A stretch of 64,000 nucleotides of DNA. Source: an uncultured Chloroflexia bacterium (GTDB taxonomy: Bacteria > Chloroflexota > Anaerolineae > CG2-30-64-16). Below, piece by piece: positions 50,614 to 59,240 of this stretch. The translations under genes and the position numbers were made by a program. The stretch is taken from contig CAWEMM010000006.1 of NCBI GenBank assembly GCA_963810095.1, forward strand, positions 1,280,001 through 1,344,000. Reading direction: 5' to 3'. Position 1 is the first letter of the stretch. Each line of letters begins with the position of its first letter. The notes beneath the pieces are model-generated. The model saw only the letters and a program-made list of their open reading frames with translations. It was not told the origin of the DNA and did not search any database.

Positions 50614-52251
50614 TTAAGCAAGCGCTGACGCCGCCAGCCGTTCGCGTTCGCCAATCGACCGGCCGCTGGCCGGATCGACCGCAACGCACACGCCTCGGCC
50701 GTCGATACGCGTCGCCGTGGCGCCGCGGGCGAACGGGTTGTTTTTGAGCTGCGGCGCATCGAGGATGCCCGCCGTGACCGCCCCACTGAGCGTCGCCGGG
50801 TCGGTCAGTGGGTCTGTCACGTCCGGACCTGCCAGCCCACGGATCGCTTGGAGCAGCACCTCCGCTTCGGCGATCAGCTCGGCCTTGCGCTCCTGCACCC
50901 GCGGGTCTCGGGTCATGTCGGGCGCACCGCGCACGGCATTCTCAATAGCCCTGCGGGCAACCCGGCAAGCAGCAATGACGTCCTCGGCGGTAGCCGCATG
51001 GTGCGCCTCGGTGTGGCCCACCACGTGCACGACGTGGGGCTTGAGGGCCATTTGCAGGTAAGTGGCTGCGGCCAGGTGGCCGCGGGCCGCCTCGGGGTCC
51101 AGCGGGTGGCTCAGCAGGCCAAGCCGCACCTGTCGCCACACCCGAAACTCCGGGCCTAACGCCTCCACCATCTCGAGACAGGCCAACATCTTCGCCAGGT
51201 CCATCGCATCCGAAAGGCCGGGCGGGCTGTTGAACATGAGCTGTGCGATGTAATCGCGCACGCCGGCGGCCCGTGCGTTATAGGCCGACAGATACGCGCT
51301 CGCCACGAAAGTGACGTCGGAGGCATCGCGCATGCCCCAGTGGTGCGGCTCGTTGAGTTCCACCGGCAGCCCGCGCTCGCCGTACCAGCGCATGACGGCC
51401 TGGTGCTCGCGGATGGAACCCTCCAGGTCCCACGGCCCGCGGCCGTCCATCCGGTTGAACCAGAAGAGCGGAATGGCGCACCACACGTTGTTAATCGTGT
51501 CGAGATACATTTCGGCCAGGGGGATGAAATCGTCCGTGCCCGAGTACGTGCGCATGAGCGGATAATTGCCGCACCGGCTGGCCTCGAAGAGCGCCCGGTA
51601 GTCCTCGGGCGAACGCACCGGCACCCCGCCGGCGCCCCGCCGCCGCGGGTCCTGGCGCTCGGGGTGAAAGAAGTTCTCCTGCGCATCCTGGTCGACGCCG
51701 AGGGAGATCACGTCGAGCACGCGGGCCGCGGCGATCTGCGACACGCCGTCCAGCGTCGCCTCGAGCGTGGGGAGCCCGAAATGGTGTCGCAGCAGCGGAT
51801 ATGGCGCCTTGAACGCAATGCGTTCGACCAGGGTTTGGGGCGGCACGACCGGCGCCCCGTCGACCCGGCTGCCGCGCAGGTACGCCAGCACGTCCTCGGG
51901 GCTCTCCCAGCCGTCGAACACCGCGTCGAAGAAGGGCGCAAAGCGCCGGGCGGCTGCGCCCACGGGGGGGGTCCCCCCGAAGGCGAAGCGAACGCCGGCC
52001 AACCGCAGGTCGTCGGCCGCTTCCGCAAACTCGGCCAGCAAGCGCTCGCCGGTTTCCGCCGTCAGACGATAGGAAACCCCCACAAGCTCGGCGTCGTGTT
52101 GGCGCGCGGCCGCGAGGACGGCTTCGATGGGTGTGGCCGGGCCGAGGAAGAGAGTTTGCCACCCGGCCTGTTCGGCCAGCCGGAGAAAGTTCGACACGCC
52201 GGCGACGTGGACGCACTCGCCCAGCGCAGCGGCAACGACGAGGTGTTGCAT
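50614..52251 (-). CDS. Cobalamin-binding enzyme (N-terminal B12 domain plus a large uncharacterised catalytic domain), 545 aa
   Basis: ECVHVAG (DxHxxG variant), FLG, VGVSYRL and FGG; no CxxxCxxC radical-SAM motif; intact frame. Confidence 0.85.
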   Translation of the reverse strand: MQHLVVAAALGECVHVAGVSNFLRLAEQAGWQTLFLGPATPIEAVLAAARQHDAELVGVSYRLTAETGERLLAEFAEAADDLRLAGVRFAFGGTPPVGAAARRFAPFFDAVFDGWESPEDVLAYLRGSRVDGAPVVPPQTLVERIAFKAPYPLLRHHFGLPTLEATLDGVSQIAAARVLDVISLGVDQDAQENFFHPERQDPRRRGAGGVPVRSPEDYRALFEASRCGNYPLMRTYSGTDDFIPLAEMYLDTINNVWCAIPLFWFNRMDGRGPWDLEGSIREHQAVMRWYGERGLPVELNEPHHWGMRDASDVTFVASAYLSAYNARAAGVRDYIAQLMFNSPPGLSDAMDLAKMLACLEMVEALGPEFRVWRQVRLGLLSHPLDPEAARGHLAAATYLQMALKPHVVHVVGHTEAHHAATAEDVIAACRVARRAIENAVRGAPDMTRDPRVQERKAELIAEAEVLLQAIRGLAGPDVTDPLTDPATLSGAVTAGILDAPQLKNNPFARGATATRIDGRGVCVAVDPASGRSIGERERLAASALA

Positions 52252-52386
52252 TGGAAACCCCCCTGGCGGACGGGAAAAGAAACCCGGCTGCCGGCCTTGG
52301 GGGCTGCGGACGGACAACCGGGACGACTTGCTATATTCGAGCAGCGCGGCTGCCTAAGGGCAAGCCCACTCATTCTGTAGGGTCGC

Positions 52387-52494
52387 ATCCTTCGACTGCG
52401 GCACGCCAGCTGCGCTGGTGCCTCCGCTCAGGATGCCTGCGCTTTAGCATCCTGAGCGGAGGGCGGTCCGCAGGACCGACCGCAGTCGAAGGAT
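52387..52494. repeat. Family E REP-like inverted pair (TCCTTCGACTGCGG..CTCCGCTCAGGATGC / GCATCCTGAGCGGAG..CCGCAGTCGAAGGA)
   Basis: Two 15-bp perfect arm pairs, each unit with its own internal hairpin. Confidence 0.8.
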
Positions 52495-52506
52495 AACAAT
52501 CCTGAC

Positions 52507-52540
52507 AATCAGTTCGATCCGTTCAATCAGTGTCCCATTT
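52507..52540. repeat. Right half of a family A repeat
   Basis: aatcagttcgatccgttcaatcagtgtcccattt matches the right arm at 37241-37273. Confidence 0.65.
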
Positions 52541-52544
52541 CAGG

Positions 52545-53240
52545 TCAGATGCGCTCGAATCGTGCGGCTTCGAGCACGAACACGGTCGCGCCATACATCG
52601 GCATGCCCGACTCGACCGGGTTCGCCTGCGCCCGCTGCCGCACGTTGGCGTCGATGATGCGGAGAACGTCGTCCACCTGCGGCTGCTCCACGCCGACCAA
52701 CAGGGTGACGTTGCCGCGGCGGAAGAAGCCGCCCGCCGTGTTCATGCGGGTCACGCGGTAGCCTGCCGCGATCAATCCTCGTGTGACGGGCTCGGCATCG
52801 TCGGCCGCGACGATGCTGACAACCATGTGCATTGGAACTCCTCCTGCGAGCGGCGCTGTGAAGGCCGGGGAATCCGCCCGATTGGCGTAGGGTTCGCCGC
52901 GCCCGAGTCGCTCGAATTGCGAAACAGGGATCATGAAGACCGTCGCGCCGCCAACGATGACTTCGAGAGGATAGGCCGGCGTCGACATCGAGAGGTGCGC
53001 AGGCTCTGCCGTCGAAGGAACGGGGTTGATGTAGCGTTTGCGCGTGTGGCACGTCTTGCGCACCACCTCCAGCACCCGCTCGACCTCGTCCTCCTGGACG
53101 CCGACCAGGCAGGTCACATTTCCGCGCGAAAGAAAGCCGCCCACCGTGTTAAGCCTGGTGACACGTACGCCGGCATTGTTGAGACGCCTCGTTAGGATAT
53201 CCGCGTCCTCGTTTTGGATGATGAGGAACATCAAATACAT
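52545..53240 (-). CDS. Tandem two-domain cyclic-di-AMP receptor (DarA/PstA-like x2), 231 aa
   Basis: Two copies of TRxNTxGGFxxRGNVTxLVGV and GATVF joined by a ~24-aa linker. Confidence 0.9.
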   Translation of the reverse strand: MYLMFLIIQNEDADILTRRLNNAGVRVTRLNTVGGFLSRGNVTCLVGVQEDEVERVLEVVRKTCHTRKRYINPVPSTAEPAHLSMSTPAYPLEVIVGGATVFMIPVSQFERLGRGEPYANRADSPAFTAPLAGGVPMHMVVSIVAADDAEPVTRGLIAAGYRVTRMNTAGGFFRRGNVTLLVGVEQPQVDDVLRIIDANVRQRAQANPVESGMPMYGATVFVLEAARFERI

Positions 53241-53396
53241 GACGGTCTCCGAGGCAGGGGAAGTGCTTACTCTTGTACCCGCAACCGGGTCCTTTGTCAA
53301 GTGTGTCGAGACACGGCGGCTTAAGAAAGAGGACATGGGCTGCGTCATTGCGCGGGGCGCAGGCGTGTGCTATTCATAACAAACGTGAGAGGACCA

Positions 53397-54224
53397 ATGC
53401 AGTTACTCAATTCCGTCGATTACATTTTTTCGGGTGGGTTGGCCGCGGACGCACCGCACGACCTGGCGGTGGCCGCCGTCCTTGCCGGTCGGGCCGCCGG
53501 TCGGGTGTACGCCGACGACCCGGACGCGCCACGCCTCGCGCTCGTGTCGCCGCATTGGGGGCGGCTCTATGTGCTGGGCCGGGCGAATGCGCAGGCGGCA
53601 TCGGCACTGGCGGCGCTCGTGCAAGAGCAGATCACGCCGGCGGCCCGGGCCGCCGGCGCATCGGTCTTCACCCTGGCCTGCCCTCCCGACTGGGAGCCCT
53701 ACCTGTCGGAAGCGCTGCAGAGCACCCGTGCCGTGCCGGCCGACCGCCAGTATTATCGTTGGGCCGGCGAAGCCTATCCTCGCTTCGAGCCGCCCGACGG
53801 CTTCACCCTGCTGCGCGTCGACGAAGGGCTGCTGGCCCGCCCCGAAATCCGCGACCTGCAGCTCCTGGCGGAGGAGATGGCCTCCGAACGGACATCCGTC
53901 GACGACTTCCTGGCGCGCAGCTTCGGCGTTGCTGCCCTTTGGCAGGACCGGCTGGCCGGCTGGTGCCTGTCCGAGTACAACACCGAGACCCGGTGCGAGG
54001 TGGGCATCGCGACGCTGGAGCCGTTCCAGCGTCGCGGCCTGGCGTCCGCGCTGGGCTGCGCCTTCCTTGACATGGCACGGGCCCAGGCCATGTCGGAGGT
54101 GGGCTGGCACTGCTGGAAGCGCAACGTCCCCTCTGCCGCCAGCGCGCTGAAGATCGGCCTGGCCCACGTGGCAGACTATCCGGTTAGGTTCGGCTGGTAT
54201 AATGAGAGCGATGCGCCCCGCTAG
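53397..54224 (+). CDS. GNAT-family N-acetyltransferase
   Basis: EVGIATLEPFQRRGLA and NVPSAASALKIG. Confidence 0.85.
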   Translation: MQLLNSVDYIFSGGLAADAPHDLAVAAVLAGRAAGRVYADDPDAPRLALVSPHWGRLYVLGRANAQAASALAALVQEQITPAARAAGASVFTLACPPDWEPYLSEALQSTRAVPADRQYYRWAGEAYPRFEPPDGFTLLRVDEGLLARPEIRDLQLLAEEMASERTSVDDFLARSFGVAALWQDRLAGWCLSEYNTETRCEVGIATLEPFQRRGLASALGCAFLDMARAQAMSEVGWHCWKRNVPSAASALKIGLAHVADYPVRFGWYNESDAPR

Positions 54225-54279
54225 TTGCTGGGGCGGGCACGACCGTCATTTGCACAGGACACTCGAAGAGGAGTAACCG

Positions 54280-55597
54280 ATGAAAACCGCCTCACGTCGC
54301 CGCTGGTCAGTCGTCGCCATCTTCTTTGTTTTCATGCTGCTGCACCAGTCTGACAAGCTCCTGATCGGCACCCTGACGCCGAACATCATGGCCACCTTCG
54401 GGATCACCATGACCGCAATGGGCGCGGTCTCGACCGGCGCGCTGATCGTTGGCGCCATCTTTTATCCCTTGTGGGGCTACCTTTATGACCGCTACGGCCG
54501 GGCCAAGCTCCTCGCGCTGGCCTCCTTCCTGTGGGGCGCGACAACCTGGCTGAATGCGCTGGCCCCGACCTTCCGCACGTTCCTGGTGACCCGCGCCAGC
54601 ACGGGCATCGACGATTCGAGCTACCCCGGCATCTACAGCCTCGTAGCCGACTACTTCCCCCCGCGCATGCGCGGCAAGGTCTACGGCATTCTCCAGCTCA
54701 CCATGCCGCTCGGATTCCTCTCCGGCATGCTGTTGGCCCTCGCCCTGCGCGATACCATCGGCTGGCGCGGCGTCTTCTTTATCACCGGCTCGCTGGGCGT
54801 GCTGCTCGCCATCGTCATCTTCTTCGGAGTCAAGGAGGCGCCCCGCGGCGCAAGCGAGCCCGAGCTCGCAGGCGTCGAGGGCGCGCAGACCTACCATTTC
54901 AACTGGCAAACCGCCCGCGGTCTCTTTGCCAAGCCGACGCTGCGCCTGCTCTTCGCCCAGGGCTTCTTCGGCGTCTTCCCCTGGAACGTCATCACGTTCT
55001 GGTTCTTCACCTACCTGGAGAAGGAGCGGGGCTATACGGGCACGTCCCTGTTCATCACCATGGGGTTGGCCGTCATCGTCCTGGCCGCCGGCTATCCCAT
55101 CGGCGGTGCGCTGGGCGACGCGCTTTCCGCCGCGACCCCGCGGCCGGGCCGTCGTCGCCACGATCGGCGTCCTCCTTGGCGCCGTGCTCATGTTCATTAC
55201 TATGTCGGTGCCGACGGCAAATCAGGGCCTGTTCCTGGTCATGCTGGCGCTGACCGCGCTGTTCATCCCGTTTGCCTCGCCAAACGTCACCTCGACCGTG
55301 TATGACGTGACCCTCCCCGAGGTGCGCAGCACGGCCCTCTCGATCCAGTACTTCATCGAGTCGGCCGGCGCGGCCCTTGCGCCGCTGATTGCCGGCTACA
55401 TCGCCGACCGGTCGTCGCTGCACGACGCCATCCTATGGATCTGCGTGTCGACGTGGCTGGTCTGCGCCGTGTGCTACGCCTTCGTCGCGCGCTTCGTGCG
55501 CGGGGATATCGCGGTGCTGCACGGCCAGCTGCAAGCCCGCGCCAGCGAGCAACGGGCGGCCCAGCAAGCCGGCGCGGAGCCCGCGGTTTTGCTCTAG
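54280..55597 (+). CDS. MFS transporter (frameshift near 55125)
   Basis: GYLYDRYGR motif A, ADYFPPRMRG and PEVRSTA; about 12 TM segments. Confidence 0.9.
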
Positions 55598-55632
55598 AGC
55601 CTCGGCCCCGCGCTGCTGGGCAACGCGGGACG

Positions 55633-55732
55633 AAACAGGACACTGATTGAACGGATTCGACTGATTCTCATGATCCTTTTTTCCTAAGGGCATTCCAGAT
55701 CAGTTTCAACCAGTTGCATCAGTGTCCCGTTT
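55633..55732. repeat. Dispersed palindromic repeat family A
   Basis: aaacaggacactgattgaacggattcgactgat...atcagtttcaaccagttgcatcagtgtcccgttt. Confidence 0.8.
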
Positions 55733-55765
55733 CAAGTCAGATACTTATTCGGATCGGAGCAGTTT

Positions 55766-56278
55766 GTGAAAGAAACGATCGTCCTGGTCATGCACGGAGT
55801 GCCGCCGCGCGACTTCCCGCCGCGGGAGATCGCCGAACTGATGGGGTTGCAGAACCGGCTGGAGCACGGCGCCGTGCCACCCCACGAGCGGCCGGCCGCA
55901 CAGGCCCGCTTCGAGGAGCTCGACGCAAAGGTACGGGGCTGGCCCAGACACGCCGAAAACGACACCTTCTACATGGCTTCACAGGAATTGGCCGCGGAGC
56001 TGGGGGCCGCGACAGGCCGCGAGGTCATCCTGGCCTTCAACGAGTTCTGCGCGCCCGCCGTGCCGGCCGCGCTGGATGCTGCGGCGGCAGGCGGGGCCGA
56101 GCGCGTCGTCGTGATCACGCCCATGCTCACCCCCGGCGGCGAGCACTCGGAGGTCGAGATTCCGGCCCAGGTGGACGAGGCACACGTCCGCCACCAGGGC
56201 GTCGAGTTCGCCTACGCCTGGCCCTATGCCATGGCCGACGTCGCGGCCTTCCTGGCCCGCCGGATCGAGCAGCTGTAA
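55766..56278 (+). CDS. cbiX: CbiX/SirB-type small tetrapyrrole chelatase
   Basis: LVMHG, AFNEFCAP and PMLTPGGEHSEVEIP. Confidence 0.75.
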   Translation: MKETIVLVMHGVPPRDFPPREIAELMGLQNRLEHGAVPPHERPAAQARFEELDAKVRGWPRHAENDTFYMASQELAAELGAATGREVILAFNEFCAPAVPAALDAAAAGGAERVVVITPMLTPGGEHSEVEIPAQVDEAHVRHQGVEFAYAWPYAMADVAAFLARRIEQL

Positions 56279-56468
56279 CCCCTCCGACACAGGCGCCGGG
56301 TTGCTGCCGCCAGCCAAGCTGACGCACGGGACCCCGGCGTCGCCCCGCCGGTCCCTCTCCTGTTTGTGGTTGGCCCGGCGTTTGCTTCGGCGCGAAACCT
56401 CCCCGCCGCTTCTCCGTATAGTATCCAAGAAGGAAACAGCGATCGCCGCAAGGCGGGGAGGACTATCC

Positions 56469-56729
56469 ATGGACGAGCAAAAGGTTACCACCGAAGAAAT
56501 TCGGGTGCAGGGCGAGCAGATCGTCGCCAAGATTCAGGAACTGATGCGGCAGGGCAACGTCCGCCGGATCACCGTCAAGAACGAGGCAGGGGCCACCCTC
56601 TTCGACCTCCCGCTGACGCTCGGCGTCGTCGGCGCGCTGCTCCTGCCCCAGTTGGCTGCAGTGGGCCTGGTCGTGATGCTGCTGGGCCGCGGCCGCCTCG
56701 TGGTGGAAAAGATCGGCGAGGAGATCTAG
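56469..56729 (+). CDS. DUF4342-like protein
   Basis: IQELMRQGNVRRITVK..DLPLTLG; RBS ggagg. Confidence 0.75.
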   Translation: MDEQKVTTEEIRVQGEQIVAKIQELMRQGNVRRITVKNEAGATLFDLPLTLGVVGALLLPQLAAVGLVVMLLGRGRLVVEKIGEEI

Positions 56730-56730
56730 C

Positions 56731-57108
56731 ATGAACTCACTGACCCACGACCAGATGCGGCAGCACGCACAGATCGTTGCCTGGCTCAACATCGCCGGCG
56801 CCGTCATCATGCTGCTGATCGCAGCCTTTCTCATGATCCTGCTGCCGAGCATCGGCGCGATGTCTGGCGACCGCGACGCGCTCGGCATCCTGGCCATCGT
56901 CGGCGTCAGCGTCGGCGGCTTCATGATCGTGTTGGCCCTGCCCGGACTGCTGGCGGGCATCGGCCTGCTGCGCCGCCGGAATTGGGGCCGCATCCTGGCG
57001 ATCGTCGTCAGCTTCCTGAACTTACTCAACTTCCCGATCGGCACCGTCATCGGCGCCTACTCGCTGTGGGTGCTGTTCCAGGACACCGCGGCCGGGTACT
57101 TCGACTAA
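56731..57108 (+). CDS. Small hydrophobic membrane protein
   Basis: Three to four TM segments; GLLRRRNWGRI and FPIGTVIGAYSLWVL. Confidence 0.75.
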   Translation: MNSLTHDQMRQHAQIVAWLNIAGAVIMLLIAAFLMILLPSIGAMSGDRDALGILAIVGVSVGGFMIVLALPGLLAGIGLLRRRNWGRILAIVVSFLNLLNFPIGTVIGAYSLWVLFQDTAAGYFD

Positions 57109-57122
57109 GTCCCGTGGCCGGT

Positions 57123-57186
57123 GAGACCCGGTTTCCGCACTTTCAGCGCCCTGCTCTTCCAGCGCGCCGAGGCGAAACCGGGTCTC
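57123..57186. repeat. Family C palindrome / possible terminator
   Basis: gagacccggtttc ... gaaaccgggtctc, 13-bp perfect arms. Confidence 0.65.
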
Positions 57187-57246
57187 TTGTTTGCGCCCCC
57201 GTCATGGAGTAGCGCAAAGCTCCATCGTCCTCTATAATCATTCGTA

Positions 57247-58296
57247 ATGACACGTGAAGACATCGTCAAGCTCACCAGTTTGAGCGCCTGCGCAGGCTGA
57301 GCGTCCAAGCTGCCGCCTGAGCAGCTGGCGCAGGTCCTGCGCTCGCTCGAAAACCAGTTTCCGGCCGAGCAGCATCCCAATCTGCTGGTCGGCCTTGGCG
57401 CGCCCGACGATGCCGCGGTCTACCGGCTGAATGACGAGCAGGCCCTGATTCAGACCGTCGACTTCTTCACCCCCATCGTCGACACGCCCTACGAATACGG
57501 CGCCATCGCGGCCGCCAACGCGCTCAGCGACGTCTATGCGATGGGCGGCCAGGTCCTCTTTGCGCTGAACATCGCCGCGTTCCCGCCCAATCTCCCCGCC
57601 GAGCTTCTGGCCGAAATCCTGCGCGGGGGCGCCGATGTGGTCCGCTCGGTCGGCGCGGCCATCGCCGGCGGGCACACGATCCAAGACAAGGAACCCAAAT
57701 ACGGGCTGGTGGTGACCGGGCTGGTCCGCCCGGATCGCATCCTGACGAAGGGCGGCGCTCGGCCCGGCGACTTGCTTCTCCTGACGAAGCGACTCGGCAC
57801 GGGTGTGATTACGACCGCAGTTAAGCGCGACCTGGCCGCGCCCGAACACCTGGCCGCGGCCGTGCAGAGCATGATGCGGCTCAACAAAGTTGCCTCGGAA
57901 GCCTGCCAGGCCGGCGGGGTCAAATCCGCCACCGATATCACCGGGTTTGGGTTGCTCGGCCACGCGCTCGAAATGGCCGAGGCGTCGGGCGTTCGCTTCC
58001 GCATCCGGTTTGACGAGCTGCCCTGGCTGCCCGGCGCGCCGGGCTATGCCGAAGGCTGGGTCTTTGCGGGGGGCGCATTCAATAACCGCACGTATTACGG
58101 CCCGGCGGTCAGCTATGCGCGCCCGCTTGAGGAGTGGCAGCAGCTGCTGCTGCACGACCCGCAGACTTCCGGCGGGCTGTTGGCGGCTGTTCCCGCCGTG
58201 GGCCTGGCAGACTTCCTGGATTACTGCCGGGAACACGGGCAGGAGGCGTTTGTGATTGGCGAAGTGGTTGAGGGAGAAGGGATCGAGATCGTGTGA
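57247..58296 (+). CDS. selD: Selenophosphate synthetase, selenocysteine-containing (UGA at 57298-57300)
   Basis: MTREDIVKLTSLSACAG-U-ASK, DDAAVY, QTVDFFTP, ANALSDVYAMGG, GGHT, TDITGFGLLGH and DPQTSGGLL; in frame with ORF 57541-58296. Confidence 0.93.
57319..57348 (+). promoter_or_regulatory. Bacterial SECIS element
   Basis: gagc..gcgcag-gtc-ctgcgc..gctc hairpin; loop about 33 nt after the UGA; resembles the GCAGGUCUGC apex of the E. coli fdhF SECIS. Confidence 0.7.
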
Positions 58297-59210
58297 GCCG
58301 TTTTTCGCGGTACATTTCGATCTTCCTGGTGGCCCTGCTCGGGGGAGCCGTGGGCGCGCTCGGGGTTTGGTTCGTGATCGGCCGCGCCGAGCCCCGCCAA
58401 ACCGCACGGGCCGAGATCGTCAACCTGCTCCCGACCGCTGCCCCAACGTCCACCCGTCTGCTGGACACGCCAACCCCGCTCCCGATCGTCACCCGGGGGT
58501 TCCCCACGCCGACCGAAACGCCGCGGCCCACCACGACGCCCCTCCCCACGCCTACGCCGCTGCCCTCGCTCGCCGAAATCTTCGCCAAGGTCAACCCGTC
58601 GATCGTGACCGTGGTCAACGCCCGAGCCGTGCCCGGCATCAACAATTCGACGTCTGAGGAACTGGTCTGGGGTTCGGGCGTCATCATCGATTCCCGCGGC
58701 TACGTCCTCACGAACGAGCACGTGGCGGGCGCGGCCCAAGAGCTGCTCGTGACCATGTCCGATGGGCGGACGGCACCTGCGCGCTATGTGGCCGGCGACG
58801 GGCTGGCCGACCTCGCACTCATCAAGATCGAGCGCGATTTCCGGTTTCAGAAGCTGCCCTGGGGTGACTCGCGGCGCCTTCAGATCGCCGACCCGGTGGC
58901 CGTGGTCGGCAGCCCGCTGGGCAACCTGCGCAACAGCGTGACGACCGGGGTCATCAGCGGCCTGGACCGTACGGTGTACGTGGAATCGACCAGTGCGGTG
59001 TCCGGCCTGATCCAGACGGATGCGGCCATTAACCGAGGCAATTCGGGCGGCGCGCTGGTCGACGATCGCGGCCGCCTGATCGGGATCGTGACGCTCATTA
59101 TTCGCGAGACGACGATCAACGAGGACCCGCTCGTGCAGGGCATCGGGTTCGCCATCCCTTCGAACGACGCCCGCGCCCTGGCCGACGAGTGGTTGACAGA
59201 AGACAACTAG
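58293..59210 (+). CDS. HtrA-like trypsin serine protease without PDZ domain; TM anchor and Pro/Thr-rich linker
   Basis: GSGVII, LTNEHV, DLALIK and QTDAAINRGNSGG. Confidence 0.9.
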   Translation: MSRFSRYISIFLVALLGGAVGALGVWFVIGRAEPRQTARAEIVNLLPTAAPTSTRLLDTPTPLPIVTRGFPTPTETPRPTTTPLPTPTPLPSLAEIFAKVNPSIVTVVNARAVPGINNSTSEELVWGSGVIIDSRGYVLTNEHVAGAAQELLVTMSDGRTAPARYVAGDGLADLALIKIERDFRFQKLPWGDSRRLQIADPVAVVGSPLGNLRNSVTTGVISGLDRTVYVESTSAVSGLIQTDAAINRGNSGGALVDDRGRLIGIVTLIIRETTINEDPLVQGIGFAIPSNDARALADEWLTEDN

Positions 59211-59240
59211 CGAATAGGCCGGCTTGGTCGGGGTGGCGCC

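Noticed and set aside
52255-52385. Cobalamin riboswitch upstream of the B12 enzyme
   Set aside because: No B12-box or GGGAA/GCCACTG core is visible. There is only a GC-rich hairpin with a U-run, which could be a terminator or a family C-like remnant.
3833-55732. Repeat families as a CRISPR array or integron attC sites
   Set aside because: Copies are dispersed and of variable length, without regular spacers. No cas or intI gene is present and there are no consistent RYYYAAC/GTTRRRY ends.
58430-58570. Pro/Thr-rich low-complexity repeat in HtrA
   Set aside because: A common extracytoplasmic linker; no evidence ties it to the heptose cluster.
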